From Edaphobacter aggregans (GTDB taxonomy: Bacteria; Acidobacteriota; Terriglobia; Terriglobales; Acidobacteriaceae): a DNA stretch of 32,000 bases. Made by a program: the position numbers and the translations under genes. Shown here one piece after another: positions 15,557-24,571 of the stretch; within the stretch, counting starts at the first letter, position 1, and each line of letters opens with the position of its first letter. The notes under the pieces were generated by a model. It was not told the DNA's origin and did not search any database. It saw only the letters and a list, made by a program, of their open reading frames with translations. The DNA lies in assembly GCF_003945235.1 (NCBI RefSeq), contig NZ_RSDW01000001.1, forward strand, positions 1 to 32,000. Direction: 5' to 3'.

Positions 15557-16693
15557 ATGCAAGCAATACTGGCGCTGGAAGACGGGCGCATTTTTCGCGG
15601 CAAGAGTTTTGGCGCACGGGCGGAATGCTCCGGCGAAGTGGTCTTCAATACATCATTGACCGGGTATCAGGAGATCTTTACGGATCCCTCGTATGCGGGA
15701 CAGATCGTCGTTCTTACGAATCCTCACATTGGAAACTATGGAACCACACCGCATGATGCGGAGGCGAAGAGACCGTACATCGAAGGGCTGGTGACGCGGG
15801 AGTTTTCGCCGATGAGCTCGAACTGGCGCTCGACGCAGGTGGCCGATGAGTATCTGGAGCGCTATGGCGTGCCGGTGATTGCAGAGGTGGATACGCGAGC
15901 GGTGGTGCGGCATCTGCGGGCCAATGGCGTGATGCGTGGCGTGATCGCTTCGGGCGACAACCTTGACGTGGATGCGCTGGTGGCGCGGGCACGGGCGATC
16001 AAGAAGATGGAAGGCACGGATCTGGCCAGCGTTGTGAGCACGAAGGAAGCTTATACGTGGGATGCGACGGAGCCGAAGAATCAGACGGGGGATTCACTGC
16101 TGAAGTCCACTGTAGATGGGGCCGACCCGCTGCATGTGGTGGCGTATGACTTCGGGATCAAAGAGAACATTCTGCGGATGCTGGCGCGGGAGAACATCAA
16201 TGTGACCGTGGTTCCTGCGCGGACTCCGGCGGAAGATGTGCTGGCGATGAATCCGGATGGGGTCTTCTTCTCGAATGGGCCGGGTGATCCGGAGCCTCTG
16301 GACTACGCGATTGAGACGGTGCAGAAGCTGAAGGGCAAGAAGCCGCTGTTTGGAATTTGCCTGGGGCATCAGATCTTTGGGCTGGCTCTGGGCGGCAAGA
16401 CCTACAAGCTGAAGTTTGGGCATCATGGCGGGAACCATCCGATCATGAATCACCAGACGGGCAAGGTGGAGATTACTGCGCAGAACCATAACTTCAATGT
16501 CGATCCTGACTCGCTGCCTGGAGACGTGGAGAAGACGCATACGAATCTGAATGATCAGACGCTGGCGGGGTTGAAGCACAAGACCGACCCGATGTTCAGC
16601 GTGCAGTATCACCCAGAGGCTAGTCCGGGGCCGCATGACTCGCATTATCTCTTCAAGGATTTTCGGAAGATGATGGAAGAGTGGAAGAGATAA
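15557..16693 (+). CDS. carA: Carbamoyl-phosphate synthase small (glutaminase) subunit
   Basis: The 378-aa protein has the CarA N-terminus (ALEDGRIFRGKSFGA...GEVVFNTSLTGYQE) and a GATase-1 triad region (GICLGHQ, HPE). Confidence 0.95.
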   Translation: MQAILALEDGRIFRGKSFGARAECSGEVVFNTSLTGYQEIFTDPSYAGQIVVLTNPHIGNYGTTPHDAEAKRPYIEGLVTREFSPMSSNWRSTQVADEYLERYGVPVIAEVDTRAVVRHLRANGVMRGVIASGDNLDVDALVARARAIKKMEGTDLASVVSTKEAYTWDATEPKNQTGDSLLKSTVDGADPLHVVAYDFGIKENILRMLARENINVTVVPARTPAEDVLAMNPDGVFFSNGPGDPEPLDYAIETVQKLKGKKPLFGICLGHQIFGLALGGKTYKLKFGHHGGNHPIMNHQTGKVEITAQNHNFNVDPDSLPGDVEKTHTNLNDQTLAGLKHKTDPMFSVQYHPEASPGPHDSHYLFKDFRKMMEEWKR

Positions 16694-16700
16694 ACCGAAA

Positions 16701-16725
16701 AGCGTGGCTTTGGTCACGCTTTTTT
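16701..16725 (+). terminator. Rho-independent terminator directly after carA
   Basis: AGCGTGGC-tttg-GTCACGCT forms an 8-bp stem (one G.U pair), followed by TTTTT, 8 nt after the TAA stop. Confidence 0.6.
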
Positions 16726-16756
16726 GCAGGAACAAATCCGCGGGGTAAATAGAGGC

Positions 16757-18469
16757 ATGGCGAGCCGGAGTGACATCACGAGCATGATCACGTCAACTGA
16801 CAGTTCAGCATTCAGTCGACGCACGGAAGGCCTCTTCCGTGGCATCGCTGCAATGGCGATTCTGATCTGGGTGTGGCGGATTGTTTCGGTTTGGCATTCC
16901 CCCTTGAGCTATGACGATGCGTATATGTTTTACCGTTATGCGGAGCAACTGCGTCCCGGTCATGGATTCTCGTGGAATGCTGGAGGCGGTCCTACGTATG
17001 GGCCAACAAGTCTGCTTTGGACAGCGACCATATTTCTGCTGAGCATGCTGCCACTAGCACCGGGGAAAGTGCTTCTGCTGGGGTCGTGGTTGTCGGGCGG
17101 GGCCGCTGTGGGTACGACGGCGTGGGCCGTGTCTGCGAATGCGACAAGTTCCTTGCTCAAAGGGGTAGGTCGCGTGGCTGCGATTCTCGGCGTGCTGCTG
17201 ATGCTGCTCTCGACCTTCCGGCTAAATGTGATAACCGGCATGGACACGATGGAGAGCGTAGCGGCTAATGCTCTTGTTGCGGGAATGATTCTGCTTTGGA
17301 CCCGAGAGCCGACAAAAGAACGGGCCGGAGTGGCTGGGTTCTGCGGCGTTCTGGCATTTCTCGTGCGGCCGGATTCGGCTTTGCCTGTCGTGTTACTGGC
17401 GATCCTGGCAGACCGGTTGCTTGTGGAACGTCAACAACGAGGCCGTACGTTGTGGTTGCTGCTGGGCGTGTTTTTTGCGGGCATGGGATTGGACCTGTTA
17501 CTTTGCCGGCTTTATTTCGGAACGGCGGTCCCTCTGAGCTTTTACGTGAAAACTGGTGCGGGATATGCGGGGTACATTTTCGACTGGCAACCGGCGCTTG
17601 CGGGCTTCAACTTTTTACGTTGGGCCGTAGTCTTTTTGCTGCCCATTCTTGTTCTGATCGACCGGCAGAACTGGCGCATCGCGGTGACGTTTCTGGTGCC
17701 GATGGCCGCTGGATTTACGTACTTCATGACGCTGGTCCAGCAAATCATGGGTATGCCTTCGAGGTATTATGCTCCGCTGTTTCCATTTGTGGTGATACCG
17801 GCGATGTTGATGATCGATAAGGCATTGCTCCAGTGGCCGGAGGGGCTGCTGCGAACGGCTACTATTCGAGTCGCAGTGGTGGCGGCGCTGGTGTTGTCGC
17901 TGGGACCGATGCGGACGGTACGACTGGTGGATGCGGCTTTGCTGGGACACAGGACCGCTTACCGTGAACCTGTACGCCTGACCGATGCTGGCAAGCCGTT
18001 GCCTTCGATGGGCTGGTTTGAGGCTCAGGTGGCATTGGCGGATGACGTAATCGCTGGACTACCTACAGGTGCGCGGGTTGCGAGCACCGAAGTAGGTTAT
18101 ATGGGCGCTAAAGCTCCTCAGGCAGATGTGATCGATCTGGCAGGGTTGAATAATACGGAGATTGCGCGGCACGGTTTTTCTGCACAGCGGTTGTTTGCCA
18201 TGAAGCCGGATATCGTATGGATGCCACTGACGGACTATTCGTATATGTGCGGAAGCGTCTACAGCGCGCCAGAGTTGCTGCGCGACTACGACGTATGGGA
18301 TGGAGCGTTTACGTTCGGACTGGCAGTGCGGAAGGACAGTCCGTATCGCAAAGAGATTGATGAGGAATTGAAGGCGGCCTTTGCAAAGATTTATCCAGGG
18401 TTGGAGATGAAGAGGTATCTGGTTCGCTCGGTGGAGTGGAATCGCGAGCCTTACCGATGGCCGAGTTAG
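16757..18469 (+). CDS. Polytopic membrane protein, putative GT-C-type glycosyltransferase (function uncertain)
   Basis: There are about 12 hydrophobic segments. An acidic motif (SYDDAYMFYRYAEQLRPGHGFSWN) sits in the first loop after TM1, as in GT-C enzymes. A soluble tail of about 170 aa follows. The start is uncertain: the track opens at TTG 16724, which lies inside the terminator T-tract, so I prefer the ATG at 16757. Confidence 0.6.
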   Translation: MASRSDITSMITSTDSSAFSRRTEGLFRGIAAMAILIWVWRIVSVWHSPLSYDDAYMFYRYAEQLRPGHGFSWNAGGGPTYGPTSLLWTATIFLLSMLPLAPGKVLLLGSWLSGGAAVGTTAWAVSANATSSLLKGVGRVAAILGVLLMLLSTFRLNVITGMDTMESVAANALVAGMILLWTREPTKERAGVAGFCGVLAFLVRPDSALPVVLLAILADRLLVERQQRGRTLWLLLGVFFAGMGLDLLLCRLYFGTAVPLSFYVKTGAGYAGYIFDWQPALAGFNFLRWAVVFLLPILVLIDRQNWRIAVTFLVPMAAGFTYFMTLVQQIMGMPSRYYAPLFPFVVIPAMLMIDKALLQWPEGLLRTATIRVAVVAALVLSLGPMRTVRLVDAALLGHRTAYREPVRLTDAGKPLPSMGWFEAQVALADDVIAGLPTGARVASTEVGYMGAKAPQADVIDLAGLNNTEIARHGFSAQRLFAMKPDIVWMPLTDYSYMCGSVYSAPELLRDYDVWDGAFTFGLAVRKDSPYRKEIDEELKAAFAKIYPGLEMKRYLVRSVEWNREPYRWPS

Positions 18470-18544
18470 AGACGGGCTCGAGATAAAGCAGAAGTAAGGG
18501 CCACAGGCTAACAATATAGAAGGGTAGACAGGAACAACAAAGAT

Positions 18545-21500
18545 ATGCCGCGTAGGAATGACATTGCGAAGATTTTGGTGATCGGCTCGGGGCCGATTGT
18601 GATTGGGCAGTCGGCGGAGTTTGATTATTCCGGCACGCAGGCTTGTAAGGCGCTGAAGGCGGAGGGGTATGAGGTTGTTCTGATCAACTCGAACCCGGCG
18701 TCGATCATGACCGATCCTGAGGTGGCGGATCGGACTTATATTGAGCCTTTGAATGCTGCTTATCTCGAGGAGATTTTGCGGATTGAAGTCGAGATGATGC
18801 AAGAAGGCTCCGGCAAGTTTGCGTTGCTGCCTACGGTGGGTGGGCAGACGGCGCTGAATCTTGCGGTGGATCTGGCGGATTCGGGTGTGCTGGAGAAGCT
18901 GGGTGTGGAACTGATCGGCGCGAAGCTGGAGGCGATCAAGAAGGCCGAGGATCGGCTGCTATTCAAGGATGCGATGAACAAGATCGGGCTGGATATGCCG
19001 AAGTCGTCGCTGGTGAATAATATTCGCGATGGGTTGGAGTTTGCGGCAAAGATAGGGTTCCCGGTAGTGATTCGGCCTTCGTTCACACTGGGTGGTTCAG
19101 GTGGCGGGATCGCGTATAACCGCGAGGAGTTGATGGAGATTCTTTCGCGCGGGCTGGATCTTTCGCCGGTGCATGAGTGCCTGCTTGAGGAGAGCGTGCT
19201 CGGGTGGAAGGAGTATGAGCTGGAGGTGGTGCGTGACCTGAAGGACAACGTCATCATCATCTGTTCGATTGAGAATTTTGATCCGATGGGTGTGCATACG
19301 GGCGACTCGATTACGGTGGCTCCGGCGCAGACGCTGACCGACCGCGAATACCAGGTGATGCGCAATGCGGCGATTGCGGTGATTCGCGAGATCGGCGTCG
19401 AGACGGGCGGCAGCAATGTGCAGTTTGCGGTGAATCCGGTGACCGGGCGGATGACGGTGATCGAGATGAATCCGCGTGTGTCGCGGTCGAGCGCGCTGGC
19501 GAGTAAGGCGACGGGGTTCCCGATTGCGAAGATCGCGGCACGGCTTGCGGTGGGCTACACGCTGGATGAGATTCAGAACGATATTACGAAGGCCACGCCG
19601 GCTTGCTTTGAGCCGACGATTGATTATGTCGTCGTAAAGATTCCGAAGTGGCAGTTTGAGAAGTTTCCGGGCGCCGATGAGGGGCTGGGGCCGCAGATGA
19701 AGTCTGTGGGCGAGGTTATGGCGATTGGGCGCACCTTCAAAGAAGCGATGATGAAAGCGGTGCGGTCGCTGGAGACGGGCAAGAAGGCCACGGCGGATGA
19801 TATTGAACCGCGACGGCTGACGCAGCGGCTGGTGACGCCGCATCCGGACCGGTTGGCTTATATCCGGTATGCGTTTGAGAAGGGAATGACAGTGCGCGAG
19901 GTTGCGCGCATGACTTCGATGGACCCGTGGTTCCTGTATCAGATCAAGCAGATTACGGATGAGATCAAGGCTGTTGCCAGCGTGGGGATTGATGCGGTGA
20001 CGGCGGATCAGTTGCGCGCGGCGAAGCGGATGGGTGTTTCGGATGAGCGGCTCGCGGCTAACTGGGGTTTGACTGGAGCGGAGGGCACGGCTGCGGTTCG
20101 TGCGCTGCGCAAGAAGCTGGGTGTGATGCCGGTGTACAAGCTGGTGGATACGTGCGCTGCAGAGTTCGAGAGCTATACGCCGTATCTGTATAGCTGCTAC
20201 GACGAAGAGGATGAGGCGGCTCCGACGGATAAGAAGAAGATTCTGATCCTGGGTAGTGGGCCGAACCGGATCGGGCAGGGAATTGAGTTCGATTACTGCT
20301 GCTGCCATGCAGCGTTCGCGCTGCGTGAGGATGGCTACGAGACCATCATGGTGAACTGCAATCCGGAGACGGTTTCGACGGACTATGACACGAGCGATCG
20401 GTTGTACTTTGAACCCTTGACGCTGGAGGATGTGCTGGGTGTGTATGAGCACGAGGCTTCAGAGGGCGCGGAGATCGGGGTGATTGTGCAGTTCGGCGGG
20501 CAGACTCCGCTGAATCTTTCACTGCCATTGAAGAAGGCGGGCGTGCCGATTATTGGGACTTCACCGGAGTCGATCGACCTGGCTGAGGATCGTAAGCGGT
20601 TTGGGAAGTTGATTGAGGAGTTGAAGATTCCGCAGCCTGAGGGCGCGATGGCGACCAGTGTGGAAGAGGCGGTTGCGGGCGCGAATCGCGTGGGGTATCC
20701 GGTGCTGGTACGGCCTTCATATGTGCTGGGCGGACGCGCGATGGTGATTGCGTATGACGACGCTGCGGTCGTGCAGTACATGACGACGGCGATTGAGTTC
20801 TCGCAGGAGCGGCCGGTGCTGATCGACCACTTCCTTGAGGATGCGACAGAGTGCGATGTGGATGCGCTGTGCGATGGCGATGATGTTGTGATCGCCGGAA
20901 TTATGGAGCATATCGAGGAGGCTGGGATTCACTCGGGCGACTCGTCGTGTGTGCTGCCTGCGGTGGATTTGAGCGAGGACGTGCTCAATACGATTCGGGA
21001 GTACACACGGAAGCTGGCGATGGCTCTGAATGTTCGCGGGCTGGTGAATCTCCAGTTCGCGATTCAGCGTGGCAAGGTGTATGTGATTGAGGTGAATCCG
21101 CGGGCTTCGCGCACGGTGCCCTATGTCTCGAAGGCTACGGGTGTTCCGCTGGCGAAGATTGCTTCGCGCATCATGGTTGGTAAGAAGCTGAAGGAATTGC
21201 TGTCGGAGCAGGTCAAGAGTGGCAAGGATCTTGAGACGGGGGCGCACTACTTTGTGAAGTCGCCGGTGTTTCCGTGGGGCAAGTTCCAGGGCGTCGATAC
21301 TGTGCTCGGGCCGGAGATGAAGTCGACTGGCGAGGTGATGGGTGTCGCGGATAACTTTGGCGAGGCCTTTGCCAAGGCACAGATTGCTGCTGGGCAAGTG
21401 CTGCCGCTGAAGGGAACGATCTTTTTGAGCGTGAACGATCATGACAAGGAAGGCGTCGTGCCGCTGGCCAGGCAGTTTATGGAGATGGGCTTCCACCTGG

Positions 21501-21826
21501 TGGCCACGCATGGGACGGCCAGCGTGCTGGAGGACGCTGGGCTACAACCGGAACGCGTCTACAAGGTGAAGGAAGGCCGGCCGAATGTGGTGGACCTGAT
21601 CAAGGGCGACCGAATTCAGTTGATTGTGAATACTCCGCGCGGGCAGGATACGTTCTTCGACGAGAAGGCGATTCGGCGGGCGGCTGTGTTGGCGCGGATC
21701 CCGACGATTACGACGCTGGCGGCTGCGAGGGCTGCGGCGGAGGGGATTTCAGCGCTGCAGCAGGGGACGCTGAATGTGTTTGCTTTGCAGGCGCTGCACG
21801 CAGACCGGGTGGCGGAGCGGGTCTAG
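18545..21826 (+). CDS. carB: Carbamoyl-phosphate synthase large subunit
   Basis: The 1093-aa protein has duplicated ATP-grasp halves ([21 protein letters not shown] and [21 protein letters not shown]) and a C-terminal MGS-like domain. Confidence 0.97.
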   Translation: MPRRNDIAKILVIGSGPIVIGQSAEFDYSGTQACKALKAEGYEVVLINSNPASIMTDPEVADRTYIEPLNAAYLEEILRIEVEMMQEGSGKFALLPTVGGQTALNLAVDLADSGVLEKLGVELIGAKLEAIKKAEDRLLFKDAMNKIGLDMPKSSLVNNIRDGLEFAAKIGFPVVIRPSFTLGGSGGGIAYNREELMEILSRGLDLSPVHECLLEESVLGWKEYELEVVRDLKDNVIIICSIENFDPMGVHTGDSITVAPAQTLTDREYQVMRNAAIAVIREIGVETGGSNVQFAVNPVTGRMTVIEMNPRVSRSSALASKATGFPIAKIAARLAVGYTLDEIQNDITKATPACFEPTIDYVVVKIPKWQFEKFPGADEGLGPQMKSVGEVMAIGRTFKEAMMKAVRSLETGKKATADDIEPRRLTQRLVTPHPDRLAYIRYAFEKGMTVREVARMTSMDPWFLYQIKQITDEIKAVASVGIDAVTADQLRAAKRMGVSDERLAANWGLTGAEGTAAVRALRKKLGVMPVYKLVDTCAAEFESYTPYLYSCYDEEDEAAPTDKKKILILGSGPNRIGQGIEFDYCCCHAAFALREDGYETIMVNCNPETVSTDYDTSDRLYFEPLTLEDVLGVYEHEASEGAEIGVIVQFGGQTPLNLSLPLKKAGVPIIGTSPESIDLAEDRKRFGKLIEELKIPQPEGAMATSVEEAVAGANRVGYPVLVRPSYVLGGRAMVIAYDDAAVVQYMTTAIEFSQERPVLIDHFLEDATECDVDALCDGDDVVIAGIMEHIEEAGIHSGDSSCVLPAVDLSEDVLNTIREYTRKLAMALNVRGLVNLQFAIQRGKVYVIEVNPRASRTVPYVSKATGVPLAKIASRIMVGKKLKELLSEQVKSGKDLETGAHYFVKSPVFPWGKFQGVDTVLGPEMKSTGEVMGVADNFGEAFAKAQIAAGQVLPLKGTIFLSVNDHDKEGVVPLARQFMEMGFHLVATHGTASVLEDAGLQPERVYKVKEGRPNVVDLIKGDRIQLIVNTPRGQDTFFDEKAIRRAAVLARIPTITTLAAARAAAEGISALQQGTLNVFALQALHADRVAERV

Positions 21827-21844
21827 GTCGCTTTTGTTTGCGAC

Positions 21845-21869
21845 GGGGTGAAGCGGTGGGCTTCGCCCC
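21845..21869. terminator. GC-rich hairpin between the convergent carB and membrane-protein genes
   Basis: GGGGTGAAGC-ggtgg-GCTTCGCCCC forms a 10-bp stem (one G.U pair), preceded by a second small hairpin GTCGC-ttttgttt-GCGAC. Neither strand has a clean U-tract. Confidence 0.3.
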
Positions 21870-22360
21870 TAGTCAGCGAGGCCGAAGCGGGCGCCGACGG
21901 CGTAGCCGATCATGGAGAACGGAATCCAGGTGCCGAAGAACAGGCCGTCTCCGGCCATCAGACCACTTCCGTGATTGATCGAGAAGAAGGTGCGCCAGAG
22001 CTTTTCGACTGCGCCGCAGTCTTCGCAGAGACCCGGGCCGGTGGGCAGGTCGAGCACCCAGACGCAGACGATGGAGAAGAAAACGAGGCCCGAGATCCAG
22101 ACGTAACTTGCGACTTCGTTGCGTCGCATGCGGGCGATGAAGAAGCCGCCCACCATGGGTACAAAGAAAGCCAGGATAGTGGCAAGGATCTTAGGATTGG
22201 CGGACTCGGGATCGGGTCGATTCATCGTCATGACGCCCATGACGAGGCCGAGGAAGGCGAGGGCAAGAAAGGTGTGAGTGAGGAACCAGAGCGCCTCGCG
22301 GCCCAGTTCGCCGATTGATTTGCCCTGCGAGATGTCCTGATTGGTGTTCATGTGGGTCAT
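21869..22360 (-). CDS. Hypothetical membrane protein (about 4 TM)
   Basis: The 163-aa protein has four hydrophobic segments. I recognise no family motif. Coding is supported only by length and non-repetitive composition. Confidence 0.55.
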   Translation of the reverse strand: MTHMNTNQDISQGKSIGELGREALWFLTHTFLALAFLGLVMGVMTMNRPDPESANPKILATILAFFVPMVGGFFIARMRRNEVASYVWISGLVFFSIVCVWVLDLPTGPGLCEDCGAVEKLWRTFFSINHGSGLMAGDGLFFGTWIPFSMIGYAVGARFGLAD

Positions 22361-22516
22361 AGCGAGGGTATCGCAAATCGGGGTCGCAGCGGGAGTGGGT
22401 GGTTACGTCTTTCGTGGCATAAGTGGGGTGCGACCGCGGATTTTCGCGGATGGCGCCTATTTAACGGAACAACGAAGGAAGTCGGAGTTGATCGAAGTTT
22501 CTCTTAGAATAGAGGG

Positions 22517-23548
22517 ATGCTGCTTGAAGGACTTTTTATCCCACTGACCACGCCGTTCTATCCGGACGGAAGCCTCAATCTACGCAAGCTGGAGCACAAT
22601 GCGGACCGCTATTCGAAGACGCCTGCCGCTGGGTTGGTGGTGCTGAGCGAACAGGGAGAACCTTCGATGCTCTCGGATGAAGAGACGCGGAAGACGTTGC
22701 TGACAGCTACGGAGAATGCGGGTGCAGAGAAGGTGCTGCTGGCCGGGGTGTCGCGGGACAGTGTGGCCGGGACGCTGGAGTTGGCGGAGTATGCGGCGAG
22801 CGTGGGCTATGATGCGGTCCTGGTGAAGCAGCCTTCTGTGGTGAAGAACAGCAGGGAGTTGCTGACGTACTTTAGGGCAGTTGCGGATCGTACTGCGCTG
22901 CCGGTGGTGTTGTACAGCCCTGATGGTTTGTTGCCGGTGGATGTGGTGGTGGAGCTTGCAGCACACGCTCAGATTATCGGGCTGCTGAATGGCGGGGTCG
23001 GCGAACGTGTCGTGCAGGTGAAGGCCGGAACTGCGTATGTGCGGCGTGAGGTAACGGTGACGACAGTCTTCGCTGCGGTGACGGGAAGGATGCAGGCGCA
23101 GGAGCCGGCGGGGGCGGGGACGTTTATTTCGGCTGATGTGCTGACGGATGGCGGAGCAGCGCTGGCGGTTGCGCCTCCTAAGCCTGCGCTCAAGACGCGG
23201 ACGAAGGTGGTTGGGTTTCAGGTGCTGGGTGGGGCTTCGGCGGGGATGCTGGAGGCGCTGCAAGCTGGCGCTGTAGGCGTGGCTCCGGGATTTGCTGCTT
23301 GCGCCCCGCAGGGATGTTATGAAGTGTTCGCCGCGTGGAAGGATGGGGACTTGGCGCTGGCCGAGGAGAAACAGGTTCGGCTGCGCGATGCGATTACTAA
23401 GGTTGAGACGGAGTTGGGTACGCCGGGGATCCGGTTTGGTTGCGATTTAAATGGATATTTTGGTGGGCGGCCTCGGCTGCCGCTGCTTCCGATCACGGGA
23501 GAGCAGCGGGAGGCCATTGAAGGGCTGATGCGCGGGGTGCGGAATTAG
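22517..23548 (+). CDS. DapA/N-acetylneuraminate-lyase-family (class I aldolase fold) paralog, apparently without the Schiff-base lysine
   Basis: The 343-aa protein has a family-like N-terminus (GLFIPLTTPFYPDGSLNLRKLEHN) and LPVVLYSP. It reads IIGLLNG where DapA has IIGIKEA. A long insertion lies at about residues 172-232. Confidence 0.7.
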   Translation: MLLEGLFIPLTTPFYPDGSLNLRKLEHNADRYSKTPAAGLVVLSEQGEPSMLSDEETRKTLLTATENAGAEKVLLAGVSRDSVAGTLELAEYAASVGYDAVLVKQPSVVKNSRELLTYFRAVADRTALPVVLYSPDGLLPVDVVVELAAHAQIIGLLNGGVGERVVQVKAGTAYVRREVTVTTVFAAVTGRMQAQEPAGAGTFISADVLTDGGAALAVAPPKPALKTRTKVVGFQVLGGASAGMLEALQAGAVGVAPGFAACAPQGCYEVFAAWKDGDLALAEEKQVRLRDAITKVETELGTPGIRFGCDLNGYFGGRPRLPLLPITGEQREAIEGLMRGVRN

Positions 23549-24411
23549 TTCTTAGGCAGATCTGCGCCAAAGCCCGCCAGTAAGACAGTCGCTGCGAACA
23601 GTAACGTGTCGCCTACGTAGTTGATTCCTTCCACTGCGAGCGGGGTATGGATCTCCATGACGAGGATTGGAACGTAGAAAAACGCCGTGAGCAGCAGGAG
23701 CACCATTCCTGAGCTTGCGGCTGCGACGCGGATCGTGCGGGGGACAAGCAGCCCAATACCGGCGAGGAGCAGGGTTGTTCCCATGAAATACGAAAGCAGC
23801 GTCGGCGCGGGCACCCACGCGGGGATCATCTTTTCCAGCGGGACGCCGGGTACGAATTGTGGGAAGAGAAAGTGCTGGATCGCGTAGAAGATCATCGTCG
23901 CGCCAACGAATACTCGGCCGAGTCGCATGAGCATAGTGCCGACTAAGCTTCCGCGTGGCCACAGGCTGCCCGACAGGACCATTGCTCCGGCGCCGAAGGC
24001 CGTCTCGCGTGCGGTGAGCGTCCAGAAGAGGCGCTCATGCAGACGCGGAGGCAGGTTGGGCAGGTCGACTGTGACGACGATGAGAAGAAAAAAAAGAGCA
24101 AGCAGCAATGCCGACCACCGCACATAGCGCCAGATTATGAAACTGACGGCTGCAGCCAGCAGAGCCACGCCAAAGAAGTAAGTCCAGAACAGAGGACCCG
24201 GCAGCCAGCGCGGCACGATGGGCATGAGATCGCGTGCGGCAAGGAAGTGCTCCGCTGCAAAGATTGCTAGCGCGACGGCCTCGAAGGGGGGTCCGAGCAC
24301 TATTACCTTGTCTGCGCCGCAAGCTGCGCGAAACCGTGGCTGGACAAGGACAAGTCCCGCGACCAGCGCAGCGATGCCCGCAGCAAGCATCCCCCATACC
24401 TCTACAGACAT
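23545..24411 (-). CDS. 8-TM membrane protein built from two homologous 4-TM halves
   Basis: The 288-aa protein shows the repeat pattern AIFAAEHFL..P.WLPGP..WTYFFG versus IFYAIQHFL..PAWVPAP..LSYFMG. GGGAGA lies 5 nt upstream of the ATG. Confidence 0.65.
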   Translation of the reverse strand: MSVEVWGMLAAGIAALVAGLVLVQPRFRAACGADKVIVLGPPFEAVALAIFAAEHFLAARDLMPIVPRWLPGPLFWTYFFGVALLAAAVSFIIWRYVRWSALLLALFFLLIVVTVDLPNLPPRLHERLFWTLTARETAFGAGAMVLSGSLWPRGSLVGTMLMRLGRVFVGATMIFYAIQHFLFPQFVPGVPLEKMIPAWVPAPTLLSYFMGTTLLLAGIGLLVPRTIRVAAASSGMVLLLLTAFFYVPILVMEIHTPLAVEGINYVGDTLLFAATVLLAGFGADLPKN

Positions 24412-24571
24412 ACCCGTCTCCCGTGATCAAGGACCCAAACAGAGACTATTTCGAAGGGGCAACAGAATACCATGCGCCAGCGCGTCGCTTAGAACAAGCG
24501 CAGGCCCCATCCCTTTGGTGATGGGGAAGTTCCTAAATGTCGAAGGGCTGTGGGAGATGCTGGCAGAGACC

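Noticed and set aside
19097-20452. A 451-aa ORF antisense to carB. The ORFs at 18760..19416, 20383..20781 and 20717..21511 are similar cases.
   Set aside because: carB is unambiguous over this span. The antisense translations are R/H/L-rich with no domain signature.
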